Shown piece after piece: positions 58,388-64,000 of a DNA stretch of 64,000 bases; positions within the stretch are counted from its first letter, which is position 1, and each line of letters starts with the position of its first letter. This DNA comes from Macrostomum lignano (Eukaryota): positions 237,638 to 301,637 of the forward strand of contig NIVC01000428.1 of the NCBI GenBank assembly GCA_002269645.1. Direction: 5' to 3'. The translations under genes and the position numbers were made by a program. The notes beneath the pieces are model-generated. The model was not told the origin of the DNA, searched no databases, and worked only from the letters and a program-made list of their open reading frames with translations.

Positions 58388-59233
58388 GTTGCCTGTTGGG
58401 CGCGCTGATCCGCCAGTGCTGCGGCTCAGTTCTCTGTCGGAGTGCAAGGACGGTCTGCTTCTGCTGTCCAGCTATGGGAAAAGGGAAAAGCAACCAGTTC
58501 GGCAGGAGCCACAGGGTACTGCTGCCGCAGCTGACGCCCGGTCACCCGCTCTGTCCCGTCGCGGTGCTGCGAGATCATCTTCGCTGCAATCGTTTGAAGC
58601 TACCGCAGCAGGGCCTGTTCACCATCTCAGGCGGTTCAGCCGGCAGCGCCTCTCTGACATCCCGGATGTTGGACGTGCAGTTCAAGTGCTGGCTCAATAA
58701 GGCGGGCATCAGCGCGGCAGGCTACTCCGCCGTGCACAGCTTGCGGAGGGGTGCAGCCACCTGGGCGGCGCGTTTCGGTCTGTCAGTCAGGGAGATCCAG
58801 AGCGTGGGCGACTGGCGCAGCGACGCAGTGAACTGCTATTTGTCGCCGGGCGATGCAGCTTTCGGCGCTGCGTTCCTTTTGCTTTGCTTTTCCTTTCGCG
58901 CCTGCTTTTGTTTGGTGTCGGGGGCTCCGTTGCCAGGCTCTCTCACCTCGTCTGCTCGCCAGCTATGTGTCTTGTGTGTCCTTTGTTGAGGGGGCGGTGT
59001 GCACTAAAGATAATGAATGTTTGACCAGCCGTGTCCCACTCGTCCCACCGCTGCATTCATTACTGGGCTGCAAGGCCGTGTTTTCCAGGGATAGAATGGC
59101 CTCACGAGTGGGACACGGCTGGTTTGGCTTTCAGAAATAGGATGACGAAAATTCGAGAAGGTTATTTTTAAAGTGCGCTACAGCGAATGAGTTACATCAT
59201 TGCAGATAAACTCCAGATCATACGCTCGTAGAT

Positions 59234-59381
59234 CAGGGGTCGGCAATTTTTTCAATTTAAGGGCCAGATATAGAAACTAGAGACTAGCGCATGACTGCAT
59301 GACTGCAGAGAAAATAGATTGAGATGTATGAGAGAAGAAGGGAAATGAGGTGAGAGACCGAATAGAGTTTGCCGACCCCTG
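59234..59381. mobile_element. 148-bp hAT-type MITE
   Basis: TIR CAGGGGTCGGCAA / TTGCCGACCCCTG; no matching 8-bp TSD. Confidence 0.65.
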
Positions 59382-59434
59382 ATCCAGAGGCATATCAGTC
59401 GGTCGATGTGTGCGTTCTTTTTAGATTGAGTTAA

Positions 59435-60185
59435 TATAGCATTTTGCAGCCCATTTGGGCTTACGCGCATTGAATTTAATCCAAGATACGTATGTCAAAG
59501 TAATGGAGCTTTTGTCTATGTTAGCAAGGCTGGCACAGCGGCATTTAATTTGGTCCAACAAGCATCAATTTGGTCCATTTAGTTCATTTGCAGCTCAGTC
59601 CCAGAATTGTGGACCATATGCTAGGCTGTTGAACGGATGTCATTGGCTTGTGATCGAAGCACTCGACGGAGGTGAACACCCAAAGGACATTGCAAGGTTG
59701 CTGAATGTAAAAGAAAAGGTGGTTTACAGCATCCAGCAGCGCCTTGAAACTCTGCCGGCAGAGATTGCCTGCGAAAGGGTGGCAATCGCCAAGGAAAGTT
59801 GCTCGAGAGCCTCAGGTCCAACTGCTACTCGATGCAGTAGAGACGAACCCTTTGTTGACGTTTCAGAAAATGCAGCAGAAGTTGAAGGAACAGCTCCAGT
59901 TGGTTATCAGATTTCGACTATCAGCAGAGCTCTGGAAAAGACACTGAAAATTTTTGGTAGAGACGCTGACATTCCAGCGGTGCGCAAAAACCTGCAGACG
60001 GTTGAGAGAAGGCAAGAGTTTGTCCAATGGCTCACGAGTGTTTGGACCAAATCGATGCTTGTTGGACCAAATTAAATGCCGCTGCGCCAGCCTTGCTACC
60101 ATAGACAAAAGCTCCGTTACATTGGCAAACGTATCTTGGATTAAATTAAATGCGCGTAAGCCCAAATGGGCTGCAAAATGCTATA
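59435..60185 (+). mobile_element. Tc1/IS630-type deletion derivative with ~143-bp TIRs
   Basis: TIRs 59435-59577 and 60043-60185; TA at both ends; internal HTH remnants (PKDIARLLNVKEKVVYSI, ISTISRAL); no DDE domain. Confidence 0.8.
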
Positions 60186-60422
60186 ATGAGCCAAGCTGTT
60201 AGCTGAACAAAAATAAGGCATATAAGGGACTCATTTCAGTCCTATCAGCAATCTCCTGTTCTTTAGTGTTTTCTATGGCTGAAACCGTTGCCATCTAAAT
60301 ATGCAGATATTAGACCATTTCCCGAAAGAAGTCTACTAAAGTAGCTAATAACTGAATTGGGTTAAGCAGTAAGCCATCAACATAATTATAATCATCTCTA
60401 ATTAGTGTAACTGCCCACTGCT

Positions 60423-60982
60423 ATGTCAGCGGCTGATCGCTTTACCCTCGGCTCCGCCTGCCAAAGCTCCCACAGCCGATCGGCTTCCTGCAGCGCTGGC
60501 GGCGCTAGCGGAGCATCTCCAACTTCACCAGCAGCAGCTACTACAGATGAGACGGCGACGGGACCGTGGATAACAGCCCGAGAGCGCCTGGCGCGCCTGC
60601 TATCCGCGCTGACCGCCGCGCTGGCAAACATGGCTCGCGACCGGCGTCGCCTGCTTGCAGCCTCCACCGAAGCGACCGATGAACCTCCAGGTGCTTCGGA
60701 AAGGCTTCAACGTGGTCCACAGGCCTATCTGGCACCGGCTGAGTGCGCAGCCCTGCGCGCCTTTGAGTGCACCGACCAACTGAGCGACTTCCACAGGCGA
60801 CTGCGACTCTGTCCGCCTGCGCTGCGGGCCGAGCTGCGTCAACTCGAGGCTCGGCTGCGTGCGACGTTAGAAGAGGCGGCGCAGTTGCAGCAGGGAGTCG
60901 CAGGCAGCGGTGCCGCCGGCGACCAAAGCTCAACGAATCTGCCGCGGCTCAGCGATCTAGGCACTGGAGACTGCAGAGAGCG
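60423..60982 (+). CDS. Kinesin-14-type (C-terminal motor) gene, exon 1
   Basis: ATG at 60423; GC-rich ORF; CG|gtgagc donor in phase 2, matching the acceptor at 61215. Confidence 0.6.
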
Positions 60983-61214
60983 GTGAGCGGATAATCTAAG
61001 TTCCAATTTATGATTTGCATTTTTTACCTACTAGGGTTCCTGATTTTTTGTAAAACCAAATTACTCCATTTAGCAGTCTCTAAAATTCATAATTATGTCG
61101 CTACATCTGGGCGATAAGGCAGCAAGATTGGCTATTCAACACCTTGCAGATAAAGTGGGAAATTTTACGACTATGCACACTCCGGACCACTCCGGCCCTC
61201 AATCCCTCCTCCAG

Positions 61215-61942
61215 TGCCGCCAGCCAGGACTTCGTAGGAGAGCTGGTCAACCGCGTACAACAGGCGGAGTGCGAAAACCGCTGCCTGCGCGCTCGGCAAG
61301 CCAAGCTGAAGAGAGTGCTACGCGATGCCAAGGAGCAGCGCCGCCAGCTGAAGGAGCTCGCCCGCCGACTGAAAACTGAAAGAGATCAAGCAATGCTGCA
61401 GGTGTGCCACCTCTCAGAGCAGTTGCACGCGGCAACTACGGCAGCGGCTACAGCGGCAGTTGAAGCAGCTTCAATTGCGAAAGAGGACGACAGGAGCGAC
61501 CTGGACGAGGAGGAGTCTCGCACGACTAGATCGATGTCCATGACGATGCTCCCCAGCCACCGCCAGCCGTCTCCGCATCAGCAGCGGTGCCGGTTGTCGA
61601 CGCCGAGTTCAGTGGCCTCGTGGGGGATGGATGGCGCGGCCGGCGGTCGCGCAATTCCGGACGACCGACGCGGCAAGCTGCGCATCTTTGTGCGCATTCG
61701 CCCAGACGATAGCGCCGGCCTGTTGAAGGTTGCCGGCAGGTGCAAAATTCTCTTGCGGACGCGCGGCGTTCCCGGCGCCAACGCCAGTCTAAACTCATTT
61801 GACAGCCGCGCTTTTTACTACGACCGCGTGTTCGGTCCGGAGAGCTCGAGCGCCTGCGTGTTCGGCGCCATGACGGAGCTCGTCGGCTCCTGCTGCAGCG
61901 GCCACAATGTCTGCATCATGGCTTACGGACAGACGGGCAGCG
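61215..61942 (+). CDS. Kinesin-14-type gene, exon 2 (coiled coil plus motor start)
   Basis: ctccag acceptor; heptad-rich segment; RGKLRIFVRIRP, FYYDRVFGP, GHNVCIMAYGQTGS; G|gtgagg donor. Confidence 0.9.
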
Positions 61943-62280
61943 GTGAGGCTAACTGATGCTTTCGTGATTGTCATTGAAAACTGTAGGGCTTGCTTAGGGA
62001 TCTTTAATAATCGTGCTACGATCTACAGCAGGAGCAAAACAAGTCGTCGCAAAAGATCCCCAAAGTAGAGCAATGAACCTCGGAGCGGATGAATCGAAGT
62101 GAACCAGCTGCAGACTAAAGAATCGTGACCGGCAAATGAAAAGCATATTCTGGATGCATCATCAATCAGATCAAGTAGATCAGGGAGTCACACGCGTCAC
62201 CAGGCTTATACAAGAAAGCTTATTGTACAGATTTTTACGATTCTTTCAAGCAGCTTCCTCCCCAACCGGCTCCCAGACAG

Positions 62281-62690
62281 GCAAGACCCACACCATGGTT
62301 GGCGATCAGCTGAACCCAGGCGTCAACCGTCTGGCCATCGCCTCCGTGCTGCGCGGCTTGCCGCGGCCGCTCCGGCTGGCAGTTCAGCTTCGCAATGTGC
62401 GCGGTTGAGGTCTACAACGAAGACATTCGCGATCTCCTTCGACCGCCTCGAGCAGCCAACGCTGGCGGCACCGCTCCGAAGGGGCTGAAACTCATGACTG
62501 ACGTCAGCGGCGCGGCTGCAATCCAAGGCCTCACGGAGATCCCGGTGACGTCCGAAGCCGACATTGACCGGTGCATCGCGCGCTGCGAACGGACCCGAAT
62601 CTACTCGGCACCAGGCTCAATGGGGTCAGCTCCCGAAGTCACGTGATTGTCATGCTGGGGTCAGCGGCGAAAGTGGTGCTGCCTCTGAGC
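62281..62690 (+). CDS. Kinesin-14-type gene, exon 3 (three apparent 1-nt indels)
   Basis: GKTHTM, VEVYNEDIRDLL, GLTEIPV and NGVSSRSH lie in alternating frames; gtgagt donor at 62691. Confidence 0.8.
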
Positions 62691-62813
62691 GTGAGTTTTT
62701 CTTCTTTATCATTAAAAATTTGAGAATTATGCGTTTTGAGCAGTGAGACGTCAGTGATAGTTCACCGAGACTAACTTAGTAACCAGACCATCATCTCACT
62801 GACGCCTGTACAG

Positions 62814-63235
62814 TCACGAGTCAGTCGGTGACCAGCACCCTGACCCTCTGCGACCTAGCGGGCTCCGAGTCCGTTCAGAAGTCGGGCGTGTGCGGCGCCG
62901 GCCTTCGCGAAGCGTCCGCCATCAACCGGTCACTGCTCAGCCTGGGCAAGGTGTTTGAAGATCTGCGAAAAAGGCAGCGGCCCTGCTTCCGTGAGAGCAA
63001 GCTCACCCGCCTGCTGCAGCCGCACTTGACTGGCAGCTCTCGGTGCTTAGTGATCGTCACGGTGCGCGAGTCTGTGAACCACCTGGACGAGACGATACGC
63101 TCGCTGATGTTCGGCCACAGCGCGATGCAGACCCAGCCGGCTGACTGCGCAGCCGCTGCCGCTGCAGCCGTTGACGCTGACGCAGCCACAGCCGCTTCAG
63201 CCACAACCGCGGGGACGAGCATTCGGCATGACTGA
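62814..63235 (+). CDS. Kinesin-14-type gene, last exon
   Basis: gtacag acceptor; LCDLAGSE, INRSLLSLGKVF, FRESKLTRLLQ, ETIRSLMFG; TGA at 63233-63235. Confidence 0.9.
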
Positions 63236-63809
63236 GCTGGGCTGGGCTCCGGGGTTCTTCAGCCACAACTGCGTGGGCCGATTTGCATATTTATAGTGCT
63301 AAATTGATGCTCTCAGTATTCTAGTAGTTTCAATCTGCTCAGCCACAAGGCTTTTAGTAGCTTCGATCTGTGAAGCCGTTTAGCTAAAAGCTTTTGATTG
63401 GAGATTTACAATCAAAAGCTGTAAATCTGAACTTAGTAGCGAATTGCCTACGCAACTAATTGTACTCAGAGGTTGCTACCTGTGGCTTTGCATTTTGCAC
63501 TTTTTTGTTCCCAATGGCTTTTGTAATTATTAGGCGTTTATCTCTTTTTTTCGTCTTTTGCACTTAACTCTGCAATTGGTTTTTAGCTACTAAAATATAC
63601 TAAGCTACTGTCTATTTATTGGCTAGAATGTGAAAGCTTATGAGGCTATTCGTATTAATGCGGATGCGGACTTTTTATGATCATTTGAATGTAACCGCTG
63701 CACTGACAACCTAGAAGACTTACTCGTAGAGTCAGCAGTGTCTTGCAGTCAAATTGCATTGTCCTAAAGTTTGAGGGCATAAACTGGTAGGGGAAGAGAT
63801 TTTAGGACA

Positions 63810-63925
63810 GCGTCCAATCAGCGTAAAGGCCTGGGGTTGTCCTCAGCCACGCCGAACGGCGGGGCAGAGAGAAAATACGCAATGGGGGTGAGGGTGAGAG
63901 AAAAAAAACCAGCCAATCAGCGAGC
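63810..63925. promoter_or_regulatory. Possible promoter: two CCAATCAGCG boxes and a GGCGGGGC GC-box
   Basis: Motifs read directly; the downstream gene is outside the window. Confidence 0.3.
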
Positions 63926-64000
63926 GCAGAGGTCAACCCCTCTCCTCTCGTCTTTATTCCCTTCGCCTCTCCTTTCTCTATCTCTCTTCTCTCTTCTCTT

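Larger units (their letters stand above)
55620..59140 (+). mobile_element. DIRS/Ngaro-like tyrosine-recombinase retroelement, RT deleted, with two nested insertions
   Basis: ORF1 from 55759 (SAP-like, coiled coil, gag-like LSVGDWITGN...YLKHTAKI); RNase H (IETDACLVG, INYNEASAV, HVPG..ADAASR); YR (WWGMFRKS, CPV, HSLRRG, GDWRSDAVNCY). Element boundaries are approximate. Confidence 0.85.

Noticed and set aside
59226-59389. 8-bp TSD for the 148-bp hAT MITE
   Set aside because: The flanks TCGTAGAT and ATCCAGAG do not match, so recent insertion cannot be claimed.

Overview
Eukaryotic (animal) genomic DNA. CpG-rich exons, minisatellite-filled introns and the TE mix suggest a flatworm such as Macrostomum; this is inference only and I ran no search. 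Bases 1-30.4 kb are gene-rich: the 3' exons of a CD36/SR-B scavenger receptor (+), a 12-exon cadherin with five cadherin repeats, a Ser/Thr mucin-like stalk and a TM helix (-), a 7.3 kb 21-bp satellite, two small membrane-protein genes (-), and APC10 (-). Bases 30.5-60.2 kb are a nested transposon cluster: a LINE relic, a THAP/P-element transposase split by a TRIM-like LTR element, a truncated Gypsy carrying a LINE RNase H fragment, a KDZ transposase relic, several TIR mini-elements, a 5.9 kb pol-less LTR element with an intact orphan ORF, a SAP-domain DIRS-like element lacking RT, and a Tc1/IS630 deletion derivative. The window ends with a kinesin-14-type gene carrying three 1-nt indels. Most giant ORFs in the track are minisatellite artefacts. 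Top leads: (1) a TIR mini-element carrying the 28S rRNA H69-H71/R2-target sequence, scarred exactly at the R2 site; (2) a 14-bp motif at ~165-bp spacing shared by two unrelated non-autonomous LTR elements; (3) orphan 3' ORFs in LTR elements; (4) CpG-targeted decay of old TEs.
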